64,000 nt of DNA from Octopus sinensis (Eukaryota): NCBI RefSeq assembly GCF_006345805.1, contig NW_021832226.1:434001-498000 (forward strand), read 5' to 3'. The notes under the pieces were generated by a model. It saw nothing but the letters and a program-made list of their open reading frames with translations. It ran no database searches and was not told where the DNA came from. Positions 12,235 to 25,639 of the stretch are shown in pieces. Position numbers and translations under genes: made by a program. Every line of letters begins with the position of its first letter. Positions within the stretch are counted from its first letter, which is position 1.

Positions 12235-13010
12235 GTATAGATCCAACAGGATGCTTAATTCGGATTATACGAGAAGACACAATGAAATTGTGAGATGCAT
12301 CCACATGCACTTGTGCCGTAGATTTGGATTCAAAAAATCAAGAAGACTGAAAAATCACTCTGTCCAGAGTATTATGTGCAACACCTTGGCAGAAATACGA
12401 GTTGATACAACAATTCCAACAGAGTTGAAAATTCAATATAACAAACCCGACATTTTCTTCTACGACAAAAGAGAGAACCTAATATGGCTTATTGAAGTGG
12501 GTGTGACTTCAATAGATAACCTAAAGAGTGTGGAAGTAGAAAAACTGCACAAATACGACATTTTAGCTAGTGAATTACAACTGATTCACAAGGCTAAGGT
12601 GAAGATTGTGCCAATTGTCATTACGTGGGATGGAATCGTTTCAACAATCTACCGCAAGTACATGGAGCTCCTTGGGATTGAAGAACGTGTTCGGTCTTAC
12701 ATCCAGACTGTAACGCTGAAGGCCACTCTGGATAGCATGTTTGTCGAGTACAAACATGGCTTCAGTGAAATTCTGGACTCTGCAAATTCCGTAAATAGGG
12801 ACTGGCGGAAATATAATTTCTCTATGAAGATCAGCAAGTCCCTTAAGAGGCCCAGAGACTGCACGCCCCAGGAGGAGATTGAGGATCATGGCGGGGAAGA
12901 TCAAAGTGGAGTTATGGGAACTCGGGAAGCAAAAATTTGAAAGTCGTCTAATTATTAGTTTACCTTAACTACAATATTAATAATATCCTAATTTTAACTT
13001 TAGCTATTAA
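12235..13010 (+). mobile_element. R4/Dong-like 3' end, restriction-like endonuclease (RLE) domain
   Basis: YTRRHNEIV, NKPDI, LIEVG and EKLHKYDILASEL form a typical RLE PD-(D/E)xK layout. Confidence 0.88.
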
Positions 13011-13887
13011 TTAAGATTTATTCTTTTTTTTGACATTAAATCGTTGACCCTTCATATCCCGATATCTTCACGATTTGTTTATCGCAAAATTTTACGATCG
13101 AGTCACAGACACTAGAATCAAAGATTATCACTTTCAAAATACATTTTTGTCAAAAATTTGGATAATTAACAACAATTCTTGCATTTTTTTGTAATTATTT
13201 GAGCATGAAACTAAACGATAACAAGATTTTGGGTTTAAACGAATTTGCCTTAAATCTTTATTTGCTATATTTAAAAATTTGTGTCAAGATTCAATCACGT
13301 TTTGACACAAGACTAAGTTAACTCAAATCTTAACTCAAGGCAAGATTGATTGAATCTAGATTGAATGTATCGTAGAAATGTGTATTTTGAGATTTAAGTC
13401 ATTAAATCAAAATATCTGTTTTTTTCGTTGTCAACCTTCACACCGTGTCTAAGCTCAATGAACATACTCCTCAGCTTCTTTTAAGCATAACCGACTGGAT
13501 TTATTTCCTAGTTCCTACTTCAATGAATAACTGCATAAGAAAATCTGATTAGCCTAATTTAACTCGGAATTGATAATTTCTATGGTCCACGAATTAAAAC
13601 GTAAATTTGATTGTTTTGACCAATTTATAAGTTTAACCTTGGAGTTTTTTTTATATCTCGTCTTAGTTTTTATAATTGGTCTGAAAAAGCATAATTTGTT
13701 TTGAAAAAAGTCGTATTGTAGGACGAGTCATTTTAATTTCATTTAAAAATTACAAATTTTTCACATTTCTGAGCAGTTTCTATTAAAAATAATTTTTATT
13801 TATTTTTTAAATTATATTAACTATCTTATTTTTATTTGAAAACAATAATATAATACTGATTTTGCATTTTAAATAACAAATTAAATA

Positions 13888-14694
13888 ATGGAAACAGCGA
13901 CATTCAAAAATGGAGTTATAATTTTTTTATCTATATTATTGCTGGTTTTAAATGTTTCTAACTTATTTTATTCATAGTTACTTTCATTGGGATTTATTGC
14001 AATCTCATCTCTATATGGAATAGAGTTTAAATTTTTAAACACTTATGAAAATAATCTCATTCTATATTCACTTCCTATTGCGATAGGTTGCTTATCTGGA
14101 ATTTTCATCTTTTTGATTTCAATTAGTGGATTCATATCTATATCCAGAAAAAATAAATGCATTAAAATATTAGTATTCTAATAGATTTTATCTAATTTTA
14201 GCTTATTGTCGGTCTTTTAACCGTCCTGATTCTTTGCATAGCAATTATTTCGGCATTGTTAAGCTTTCAGCCTGTAATAAAAATGGGAATTCGTTCATTC
14301 TTCAAGGCTTTAATTGATGATTACGATAAAAACATCAAGTTTATTGACGATCTTCATAAAAAAGTGATTAAATCTTATATTTATCTAATTCTTTCTAGCT
14401 TAACTGTTGTGGTTATAATAACGGGACTTCACAAGATATACGAATATTACCAGAGACTTGTTGTCTTAGCCATAATTGCGATATATCAAAGGTTTTAGTA
14501 TTTATTTTATTTTAGACTTGTCCGTCAGTTTTATTAAATAATATAAATGAGCTTTCCCTCTACATTTATATAGGAACTGGAATAATGGGTTTTCTAATTG
14601 TAAGTGCTTTAATTTTTACTAATAGTTGTTGGCAATTTTTTTCACATGTTACATGTGGAAATTTAAAGATAAAAATATCTTCGAAACACAATAA
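13888..14694 (+). CDS. Tetraspanin (4 TM, CCG motif), 5 tiny introns, one unexplained frame change near 14255
   Basis: Introns 13945-13977 (33 nt), 14173-14201 (29), 14364-14398 (35), 14492-14515 (24), 14600-14625 (26). The spliced product has LNCCG...PETCC...C...CP and four hydrophobic segments. Confidence 0.85.
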
Positions 14695-15712
14695 AATAGT
14701 ACTAATTGACATTTTAACCCTTTATTAAATAAACTCATTAACTACTTAGTCTGCTAATTAAGTAGTGAATTTTCTGAATAAACTCGACGCTCGATAAACC
14801 TTCCTCTTGGTCATCTTCTCAGTTTCTGTAAACCTTTGAAAATTATGTCGAGGCTTATTTAAATCTGTCTGGCTGTAAAAAACTATTTTTTAAATTACTT
14901 TTTGTAAAAATAGTCTATATTTCATGTTAGAACAAATCGTAAAACTAACTTCATTTCGCTCTTATAGATCTAGAAGTTGTGTGGAGTTTAGATACTAAAA
15001 ATCAATATGATGTACTTTGTTTTAATAATATCTTTGTGTTTATATATTCAGACTAATTTAACGGGCTAAGTATGAATTTTATTCTTTTTTAAAAACCATC
15101 TTTCTACGTAACAACTACAGCATTTAAATGGATTAAATAACTACTTATTATTTATGGTAGCCATCGGTGTCGATTCTCGTGTTTTAGATTTTAATTAACT
15201 GATTTTATTCATTTAATTTATATTTTATAATTATTCAAAATTCATCAATTAAAAATTCTAATGAATCAGGTAATTTAAGAAACAGAATAGTCAAGATAAC
15301 ACACAAAACTGAACATAGTGAAAATTTTTAGAAAATATCTGATTCACTAAAGATTAATTCTGGAATCTCAATAAAAGTTTTTTACGTTTAACGTTGCTAT
15401 CCAGAGCGTATTTATATCTGAAACATTCTTCAATCATTGCCAAATTTGTTTTCTAGGAGATTTTTGGCGGAAGAATTGAAAAATTAATGTTGCAAGAACC
15501 ATTTCCAAGTTTAAAATCAGAGATAAATCTTACGAGCATAATTGAACTGATCGTAATCTTTTTCCAGTTTTGTTACCGGATAAGTATAATTATTGCTTGT
15601 TTGCTTCGAAAATCTAATAATTTGTATCGAATTATTTTATTTATTACTTTAACCTCAATTAGACCAATATACTTGTTATATAGAGATAGCACATGTTCGT
15701 TTATAGCTTTAA

Positions 15713-16520
15713 ATAGGTTCGAGCAAAAAAGTCATGGAACGCTTGCATATTTTGATTAAGTTTAATAATTCTCCTTGAAAATAATATTAAATACTGTAGT
15801 TTAAAAAAGAAATTAAAAATATAGGAAATTGTAGATTAATTGTTCAAAAAAAATATACTAACTTGAGTTATAATGAAATAATTAGCGATTTTTATGTAAA
15901 AGTTAATTTATTGAAGGAAAAAAGTCATGGAACGAAATCAAATTAATATTTAATTGTATTCCCTTTGCTGGCAGTACTGCTTCCAATCTTGTTTTGTAAG
16001 GATAAATAGGCTTCTGACATTTAAAAAGAGTAATATTTTCCCATTCTTCATAGCAAATTGTTTTCAATTCGTGAGTGTTTTTCGGGTTTTTTTAAACCAA
16101 CTTTCATTTTTAACATTTTCCATAAATGTTCGATTGGATTGAGGTCTGGAGATTGACTTGGCCATTCCAAAACATTTATTTTGTAAGTCTTTGTCATGCT
16201 TGGATGTCCATTGTTATGTTAAATTTGATCTACCGACCGAACGAAACAGGCATATTTCCAAGATTTCGCAAAAAAACTGAGATCCATTCAAATCCTTTCC
16301 ATAATTCTCCATTGATAAAATCCCTGCTCAAGTGTGTTTCAAGCTATCAGTAAGTTCATCGCCAAAAATTTCCTTATATATTGACTACTCATTTTGTGCT
16401 GTTCCTGTGGGATCACCTACTTGGATTATACGATGGAAAGTTACTCCATTGTAGGAGGCCATCTTGCTTAACTGGGCAAAATTTCTGCATGTATTTTTTG
16501 CATAATCTCAATATAATTCA
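15713..16520 (-). mobile_element. Tc1 transposase remnant with IR/DR-type end
   Basis: Minus-strand [18 protein letters not shown]. Direct repeats AAAAAGTCATGGAACG at about 15725 and about 15919. Confidence 0.8.
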
Positions 16521-16849
16521 AATTTAATCTATCCAAAAATAGATTAAAAATTCTCACACTCCTCTTTCTCTGACTTACTACGTGATAGGCATACAACTAT
16601 TACGTGGACTTGATATCCGAAGACAAGTCCTCATTAATAGAACTTCTCGAACTTGCACCGGAGCAATTAAGAAAATAGTTCCTTTATGTAAACAAAGAAA
16701 AAAACTGAATAGTTCCTTTTTGTAAAAGTAACAAGATAAAGTGACAAAATCGATGAAAGATGACGCCATGTACAAAAACTCTCTTCTGAGAGACAGTGAG
16801 GATATTGCAAGGAAAAAAATGCTGGTATCTGCAGCAATGCACAAACTCT

Positions 16850-17408
16850 AGAAGGAATGGCTATCATATGGATCAGCGAGTGTTCAACTCCGGACAAGGC
16901 TTTACAATGCCTTGTGAGACCCGTGTTAATGTATAACTCCTCCACTTGGGGTTGCACAGATACGGAACTGACACGTCTTAACAGTTTTCACAGAGGACAA
17001 TTGAGAAAACTGTTCAAAATGCAGTGGCCCTATAGAATATCCCGGGAGTCGTTATACAAAAAGTGTTCTACAAGGCCACTTTGTATTGACATTTCTGAAT
17101 CCCGGTGGAAGTTATTTGGACAAATACTGCGAATGGACCACAGGGGACCCGCAAATACAGTGATGGAGGATTACTTCCAATGCGGCAAACCACGGTTCCG
17201 GGGACGCCTACGCACTACGTTACCTGTCGTTTTGAACGCGGATTTTGCCGAAATCAAATCCTGTCTCAAGACCGGTGAGGACTTGGACAGGCTGCGGCTC
17301 ACAGCGCTTAACCGAGGAAAATGGAGGAGACTCGTCAATAACATTATTTTGGGTGTTGCACAGGTGGGACTATATGGCACTACAATAAGTGCATTAATAA
17401 TAATAGTG
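16850..17408 (+). mobile_element. 5'-truncated RTE 3' end with TAA tail
   Basis: RPVLMYNSSTWG...RWKLFGQILRM...RGRLRTTLP, then TAATAATAATAG. Confidence 0.88.
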
Positions 17409-17528
17409 TAGATTCAAGCTCTCAGAGAGACTCCTGATTTAATTAAAAATTATCTAATTAATATTAGTTTAAAATATTTCATAGAACAATATACTTTTAT
17501 ATTAAATAAAAATAAAATCGCATTCCAA

Positions 17529-19514
17529 ATGATAAGCCCATTGTTATGTCGATATTCTTTTCCTACCAGTTTAATATGGAGATCTTCAAGTTCTCAAGTA
17601 GAACAAAGTCTAAGAGCCATGAAAGACCTCGAAGCTGCTAAAAAATCCTCAAAAGAAGGCGGTGGTTCCAAAAGAATTCAATCTCAGCTGAATAAAGTAA
17701 AAACATCTACAGAACATTTTAAAGGGAAAACTTACCGCCAGAATGAGAATTGAATTGTTATGCGACAAGAACTCTTTTGTAGAGTTTGACGGACTGGTTA
17801 CTCATCAGTCAACAAACTTTGGTCTTGATAAACAAAAATTTTATGGAGATTCAGTTGTGACTGGCCACGGGACGGTCAATGGAAAGAAAATATTTTTATT
17901 TAGTCAGGTTAGTTAATAATAAGCTTATTTAAACCCTTTAAATTATGGTATTTTGTATGCCACGATATCACGCCACATATGACTTAAAGTGGCGTGTTTA
18001 TTAAGATTTATATTCCTTTTATATACAAAATTTTATTTTATGTCTAGGATTTTACTGTTCTCGGAGGATCTCTCTCAGAAGTGCACTCAAATAAAATATG
18101 CAAAGTTTATTTTATAGTTCAATAAATAGATAATGGACATGGCTCTCAATGTAGGAGCCCCTGTCATTGGATTGAACGATTCTGGAGGAGCAAGAATTCA
18201 GGAAGGTTGCAGTTCGCTGACTGGATTTGCTGAGATATTTAAAGTAGTGATTATTTAATGAATCGTACAGAGAAATGTGATTAGTTCTGGTGTCATTCCC
18301 CAAATTTCTGTAATAATGGGCCCATGTGCTGGCGGAGCTGTATACTCTCCCGCCATTACTGACTTTGTTTTTATGACCAAAGAATCTTATATGTTTATTA
18401 CCGGCCCCGACGTTGTCAAGGTTGTATTTGTAATATCTAAACAACAAAGACGGTTACAAACGAGGATGTCACCCAAGCACAGTTAGGAGGATATAAACCT
18501 CACACAACACTCTCCGGAGTAGCTCATTTTGCTTATGAGAATGACATACAATTGCTCCTCAACCTTAGAGAATTCCTTTCATTTTTACCATCAAGTAACC
18601 GTTCTGCAGTTCCAACAATTCCTTGCAACGATCCTTGGTTCCTTTCGTAACAGCGTAATTTTCTTACAGGGATAGAAGTGTTCCCTCTCTACGCTCTGCA
18701 GTTCCTTTGGAGTCTACAGCTGCTTATAATATGTTGGATATTATAGGAGATGTATGACTCATTAACATTTTATATTAGGTTGTTGATGACCGTAAAGTAT
18801 TTGAGATTATGCCTAACTTTGCGAAGAATTTAGTTATTTGTTTCGCACGTATGAATGGAAAGACTGTGGGAATTGTTGGAAACCAGCCTAAAGTTGCTGC
18901 TGGTTGTTTTCAATTATTTATTATGACAGGATGTCTCGATATAAACGCTTCCGTTAAAGGAGCCAGATTTGTGAGATTTTGTGATGCCTTCAATATACCA
19001 ATAATTTCGTTTGTGGATGTGCCGGGATTTCTACCTGGTTATTTGAAAAGATTGAGTCCTTAGGAGTCAAACAGGAACATGATGGAATTATTCGTCATGG
19101 GGCAAAATTAATTTACGCTTATGCAGAAGCAACTGTACCTAAAATTACAATAATTACTCGGAAGGTAAGTTTTTATCAAAAAATTATCGTCAGGCTTATG
19201 GGGGAGCTTATATCGTTATGAGTTCTAAAAGTCTCCGTGGAGACGTAAACTATATCTGGCCTTCTGGAGAAGTAGCAGTTTTAGGTGCAAAGGCAGCTGT
19301 TCAAATCGTTTTCCGGGGTTCTGCCGATCCAACTGCGCAGGAAGATGAATACACGAGGAAATTTAATAGTGCAATTCCCGTGGCAGAACGAGGCTACGTC
19401 GATGACGTAATAGATCCTGCGGACACCCGCAGAAGGATTATTTCTGATCTGGAAATGCTAAGCTCTAAGCAAGTACATACTCCATGGAAGAAGCATGGGA
19501 ATATTCCTTTATGA
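17529..19514 (+). CDS. PCCB: Propionyl-CoA carboxylase beta chain, 10 introns
   Basis: [55 protein letters not shown] and [10 protein letters not shown]. Nine introns of 25-32 nt and one of 140 nt (17908-18047) restore the frame. Confidence 0.96.
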
Positions 19515-20399
19515 TAATTCTAAGTTTTTTCACTTTTCTGGTCATTTATTTATGTTTTTTATTGTTATTAACATCATTGTTTTATGTCAACGATTTGAAG
19601 AATCAAAAAGGGCAATTTAAAAGAGGATATCACCAGAAGAATAGCTTGAAACCATTTTAGCAAACAAAGTTCACTATATTGCTTGTGATAAAAATAAAAG
19701 CCATTATCAGATGAACTCATCAGAACTTAGCTCGATTGTTTTAGGATTATTAGCTTTTAAAGAAACAGATATAAATCTACGTAAGTGTTTTTTTAGAAAA
19801 AATAAGTTGATTAGTTCCACAATTTGGTCAGTAGCAAAAGCTTACTTTTCATTAGATATTCTCATTCCGTGCAATGTCCTATTTCCCGTAATCTCATTTT
19901 AATTTTTTTGTGAACAAGCATATTTGATTCATTATTGAACTGAATTTTTATTTCATCCGAATCGACGTATCAGCTTTGATTTTAAAGTTTTGCGTCGACA
20001 GTATTGACTTAACTAAATGTTCCTTCAACTTCCTTGCTTTTTTGATTCCACTTATTTGGCACAGATGAAGATTGATACACTCGACAATTTTATTGTATCT
20101 TCCATGTTTAGCATTTATTCAAAAACTATCAATATAAAGACGAATCACACAATTATAGTTCTTATTTAAAATGACAGAATATATATTTTTTCCTGAAAAA
20201 TTTACTTTCCTCTAAGCGATAATCTTGGGTTCGATGCTCAAAATCATAAAAGGAAAATTACACCAGAAGATTAGTTCTATAAAGAGTTACGTATTTGATA
20301 TTAAAGTGCGAGAACCGAATATCAAATAAGAATAGGAAAAATGTGTCAAGGTACTAAAAATAAGCACTAGTTGATAAAAGGGTGAATAAAGCAAGCAGA

Positions 20400-21440
20400 T
20401 GTGGATTATGTGCTGCATGGAATAACGTTAAAAATTTTTGAGTCAGTATCTTTCTGGAGATTGAATCAAAGGCTTTCTGAAGATCGAATGAGCATACAAT
20501 TGATTTGAGATGAGGTCTAGTTGCAAAACCTTTCATTATAAACTGGGTTAATGTGGTAAGATGTGTCGAAGTAGAGAAATTACTCCTGAAGCCATGTTGG
20601 ATGTATGTAAGGGGGAGAATAGGGGTAATCAAATTGAGAATTAGTTTTTCAAGAATCTTTGCAATTAAACATAAAAGTGAAATGGGTCTATAGGAGGAGG
20701 GGACGTTCTTCGGTCGGCTCGGCTTGAGGATTGGGCGTATAAAAGAATTTTTCCATATATTTGGTATTTGATTTTGGTTAACAGAATAGTTGAAAATGTT
20801 TGTCATTGAATCAATTCCGATCGGACCAAGGTGCTTTAGCAAGGTTGTTGGAATCAAGTCTGGTCCACAGGATAGGGATGATTTTGTACTGGTAATCACC
20901 GCTGCAACTTCAGCAGGGGATATATAGGTGGGTGTGTTTGATTTCTTTGGTTCATTGTTTACATAATATGAGTTTATCTTAAGATGATTCTTGTGGCTGA
21001 TTCCGGCGTAGAATTTCACGAGTTTACTCAATTCAGATTGACTTGTCTGTTCTGAGTCTGTGCAGTGGTTGGCAGGTCAGAACTTTTTGAGAGCGTTCCA
21101 CATGCGTTGGGCAGATTTTTCTTTTCAAAGCGTTTTGATTTGTTTTTCCCATCTTCTTTGGGATGCTTTTAGTTTCTTAGCGATGGAATCGTTGAGGTTT
21201 TTTTATTTTTTTTCTTCCTTCGGGAATAGAAATTAGATTCTTTTTAAGAAAGTTTCTTTTCCTGGTAAGGATTTTTGTCTCCTGATCGAAATTTTCGTCG
21301 AAGTGATGGTAAGTGCATTTTGGAATAAATAGTTTTCTACCCAGCAAGATCGCCTCATTTAGGTACTTGACAGCTCCGTCGATTGATTTGAACAGTTTAG
21401 TATCAGAGTTTTGAAGTTAGCATATCCCTCCCAGTTTGCG
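20400..21440 (-). mobile_element. Jockey/I-like LINE RT fragment
   Basis: SCGPDLIP, SYRPISLL, QHGFR and FDLQKAFDS. Confidence 0.85.
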
Positions 21441-21446
21441 CTCTTG

Positions 21447-22270
21447 TAATTATTATTATTATTATTAATTAAGCCAAAACAGAATCACCGTCTTAACCAT
21501 TAACTAACGTGTTCAGGTGATTCCGACACTTCTCAACAGTCGAGCCATCTTTTCCCGATGTTCAGACCGTGACCCCACACACTTTCTGTATGTACGTGAA
21601 ATGCTTGTGGTCCATCTCCACGATCCCTCCCACTTGCCTCTACGAGAGACTCCACTGTTCGATGGATAATTTTCCTTCCGGTATGGTCCTTCAGTAGGTT
21701 TAGATTTTTCTTGGATTTTCTCGATTTTTAGTTGGTTCGTTGCCGCCAGGTTACAGCCCCAAGCAGCACATGCATAGCCTATTGTTGGCTCGATATACTG
21801 CTTGTAAAGGGTCTCTACCCCTGGCGGACAAGTTCTCCCACAGTTCCAAAGAAAGGCTTTCACAAAATTGATTTTCTTTATACAGGTTGACACGATCGAT
21901 TCAACATGAGGTGAGAAACAGAGGAAAGTATCAAAACGTTACACCCAATATCTTCTGTGTTTTCTTTTGTGGTATTGGGACTCCATTCAGCGTGACTTCA
22001 ATAGTTTTCGTCCCCATCTTCCTGTTTTCGTGAATAGAGTGACTGCTGACTTTTCGGAACATGCATGTAGTCTGTTTTCATATAGCCATCCATATAAGTC
22101 GTCCAGTATTCTGAAAAAGACATAGCTTTGTTCGTACGGGGAAAGGCTTTCTTGATCCTGATGATGATTGGATTGTGATCTGAATGAGAATTGGCCAATT
22201 TATTAAGAAAATTAATTTTTTTCTTAGTGTCCGGTACTTAGTGTCCATTTCTCGGAACATCATTACGTTC
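21447..22270 (-). mobile_element. LINE 3' portion with (TAA)n tail; near-identical to 61030-61675
   Basis: ILGVTFD and YIEPTIGYAC motifs, TAA tail at 21447-21467, SDHNPI (APE end) immediately upstream. Confidence 0.85.
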
Positions 22271-22279
22271 AACAATCTT

Positions 22280-22600
22280 TGAAGCATGTGAAAGTTGAGA
22301 AATTACATAAATACAATTACTTGGCAAGCGAATTGAAGTTAATCAAAAATGCAAATGTGAACGTCACACTACTGATTCTCACATGGAATGGAATAGCATC
22401 CAAATTTTACAAGCATTACCAAAACTTCCTACAAGTCCAAGATTTAACTCGTGCTGTTGTTCAGACGATCGTGATAAAAAACACTGGAAAACATGCGTCT
22501 GGAATACAAACTTTTACCTACGGGAGGAAATCATGCAATCAATGAATAATGAACGAACAATCACGCAATCAATGAACGACTTGAACATTTCTTAAAAACA
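22280..22600 (+). mobile_element. Decayed R4-like RLE C-terminus
   Basis: VEKLHKYNYLASELKLI...LTWNG matches the 12251 ORF. Confidence 0.75.
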
Positions 22601-22830
22601 AAATAGTTGATACCGAATAGTTTAAGAATAAAATAAAAAAGTACATTTTCTTTAGTAGAGTCTCTTGAAATATTCAAATAAATTTACCCTTATTATGGGA
22701 TCATCAAAATTCACCATTTTCCGCAATCGAATTGCATGAGAAAATTGGATTGATGATTCTGTGGATATGACTACTTTTTATAATTAAAAAAAAGACTTTT
22801 ATAAATATAAAGTTAAATATTTTTTCGATC

Positions 22831-23347
22831 TTATAGTAATTTGTTATTATAACAAGAATTGTCGAAAATTGGATCAAATTCCATGATTCCAGTACCAGTA
22901 AGATTATCAACATTAATGCTTGCAATACATATGACGCTAACTCCATTAAAAATGCAACGAGATTTCAGATTCATCTAAAAAATTGACATTAGAAGGATAC
23001 TTTGTTTGTTAGTTGATCAAAATGAGCAAATTTTATGAAATAGAGGTTTCTATTTTGTTGATCTTCCAAAAATGTTATTGTTATCCCGTAGCATGTAAAT
23101 ACCTTGAAAATTTTAATAATTGTGATAAAAAATAAAGATCTAAAGCATACTAACCAATGAAACGTTTCCAGCTTGACAGTCTTGAAAAAAATGACTTCTT
23201 TTCTCGTCTATTGTACAATCCTTAATCCCAATATATTTCATCTAAAAATAATCTTGAAATCACTATTCTAACATCAGTGTAAGAAGTTAACTTCCTGATC
23301 ATTGGATCCAAGTTAAAAAGAGCGCGTTGTTGAGCTGCAATATCCAT
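22831..23347 (-). CDS. CBFB: Core-binding factor beta (Brother/Big brother) homologue, about 136 aa, 4 exons
   Basis: Exons 23347-23273, 23241-23155, 23102-23001 and 22974-22831 (introns 31, 52, 26 nt). Product MDIAAQQRALFNLDPMIRKLTSYTDMKYIGIKDCTIDEKRSHFFQDCQAG...MNLKSRCIFNGVSVICIASINVDNLTGTGIMEFD aligns by eye with CBFB DQRSKF..RKLS..IKYTGF..EERQARF..LNGVCV..G.G.LEFD. Confidence 0.85.
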
Positions 23348-24494
23348 TACACACGCTATGCCGCAATAATTCTATAGACTTTAAGCATCCCAGCTTGTCA
23401 AATTAACGATGAAACCGCAAAAACCACTTACTCGTTTGTAATGTTTCCTTGACAAATTACCAAAAAGACGACAAAGCATAGAAATCAGATAATTGCTATT
23501 CAAGGTCTCGGATTATATTAAATTTTTCCATCCGAATAAATTCAAATAAAATTGATGTCATCAATTTTGTACTTGTTGGAAAAAATATTAATGACGAAAT
23601 TAAAAGCCTAATAACGTATTATTCTCGAAATTTTTATTGAAAGAGAAAAACCATCTCTTTTTTATGGCTTCAATCTTTAGAGCAGAGAAACACTACATGA
23701 AGGAAAAGCCGTATATAAAAGAGTTGTCGTAGGAGAAGGCGAAAAGGATTCCGTTCTTGCGAGAATTGAAAGAGTGGAAAGCGTTACAGGGTGTAGGGTG
23801 GCCAAGAAAGAAAATGTTTTGATGTTGGGACCATAAGAGTTAGACTGATAGGATCAGAGAATGGCCAAATCAGAATTTAAGAAATGATTGAGAGAGAAAT
23901 TAAACAGAACAATATGAGAAAAATAACTATTACAAATTGTGAGAAAAGATATGGAAAACGGACGAATTTGGTTTTCGGATCCAAATATTCTTTAATCTTT
24001 TGAAGGCGACAGCAGTTGATATTTTTCTGTAAAGAATGTTTTCGGTATCTTCCAGTAGTGTTTCCTGGTTCTATGTCTACCTCCATCTTTCCTTTCAATG
24101 GAAATGAATTCGGTTTTATAGATGTTAACGTTCAATCACCTCTTGCAAAAGATTTTTTTGGTTTTATGTGAGATTGTGTTTAGGAGCCCCGTATCATCAG
24201 ATAGAACAGGGCTAGAATTGCTAGTTGTCGTTGTAAAGATACAACATTATCGTGCAATAAATCAAGTTTGTCAGGTACTAAACAGAAACTATCAATATTT
24301 TTTAATAAAAAAGCACAAAAGTGAACAAAGTTATAGGAATGTGATTAAAATAAAAGACAAATCATATCGAATTTTATTGATAAATTAAAAAAATATACTC
24401 AACTATCTTCTGGTAAAAACAAAGATAAACTTTCTTTATCGTATACAGTTGAAGATAATTAAACGTTGGCATACGTGAGATCTTTCTTAAATTA

Positions 24495-24690
24495 ATTTTA
24501 TTTATTAGGACCAAAAACACCGTCATAACCATAATTAACTATTTCAGGTGATCCCAGCCTCTTTTAGAAACCCTCGCATCTTTTCTCTGTTTTAAAACAC
24601 AGAGACAGCCTTTTACAGCCCATTGTCTAAGAGGTCGAAGATCCCGAACATGGAATTTTCTCCTGAGGTCTCCACCGTTTTCATTCAAGA
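24495..24690 (-). mobile_element. Short LINE 3' tail
   Basis: Terminal GATCACCTGA...TGGTTATGACGGTG...TTGGTC..AATAAA resembles the 21.5/61.6 kb tails. Confidence 0.6.
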
Positions 24691-24896
24691 TTTCTTCTAG
24701 TACCTTAAATTAATGGTTCAATGATTAAAACAACAACTAAAACATCACTCGAAAAATAATATTAAAAAATTAAAAATGTCAAATAAATAGATATTACATA
24801 CTGAATAAATATTTACACAAATAAATATTGGTTGTTGTGAGTATTTTATTGAAGCAACATTTGCACATATTATAGTTTTTTTCATATATTTTTAGG

Positions 24897-25514
24897 ATGC
24901 CAACAGCTAGAAAAAGTTCCAGACAGTTTTCAAATAGAGTAAATACTCGGACTGCACGAATAACAACACCTCAGAATAGTCTTAGAACACACCTACGCCG
25001 ACGAAATGCTATTCAGATCATCACGAACAGTTAATTTGAAATTTCCCTTTAAAATTTAGATAGCATCAACTTTTCTGATATAAATCAAATTAATTTCGAA
25101 TTAATCCCAGAGGAACTACCTGGAGTGGAGTTGAATGATCAACTGAATTTCTTTTTCACAAATTTTGTAATATTTAAGAATGCAAAATAATTTATTTAAA
25201 TATGAAGATACTTTTCTAAAATTATAGAATATCGCATATTCGAATTTGACGAAAAAAGCCATTTTAAATAAACTCAAGATTATTACTTTGAAGAAATTAA
25301 AACCAAATTTAATGATTAAAAATCTAGACTTGTGTTCGATTTGTCTAAACAAGTATCGACTTCGTTCTTTAGTCATTGAACTCGAATGCAAGCATTACTT
25401 TCACAAGTTTTGCATTGTCAAATGGCTAATGGTTCTCAATTTCTTTTATCATTAAAGATGCATCACAGTCCAGAGTGTCCTGTCTGTCGAGACCATGTTA
25501 ATCTTAGTGTTTGA
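24897..25514 (+). CDS. Small C-terminal RING-H2 E3 ligase-like protein
   Basis: Spliced CSICLNKY...ECKHYFHKFCIVKWLM|MHHSPECPVCR with short introns. The N-terminal exon structure is less certain. Confidence 0.85.
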
Positions 25515-25639
25515 AAAGTTATATTTTTTCTTTTAAAAGTTATATTTTTTCTTTTTTGGAGCAGTTGAATTTTTCCGCATGATTTTTTTAATTCAATAAT
25601 TTAAATATGTTAATGATGAAAATATTTAATAGTTAAATG

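Noticed and set aside
17529-19514. Non-standard genetic code explaining in-frame stops
   Set aside because: All stops are removed by short GT-AG introns under the standard code.
20200-20245. tRNA T-arm-like GGTTCGAT
   Set aside because: No cloverleaf or acceptor stem around it.
23690-24120. GC-richer patch with short ORFs on both strands
   Set aside because: No recognisable motif or consistent splice model; left unannotated.
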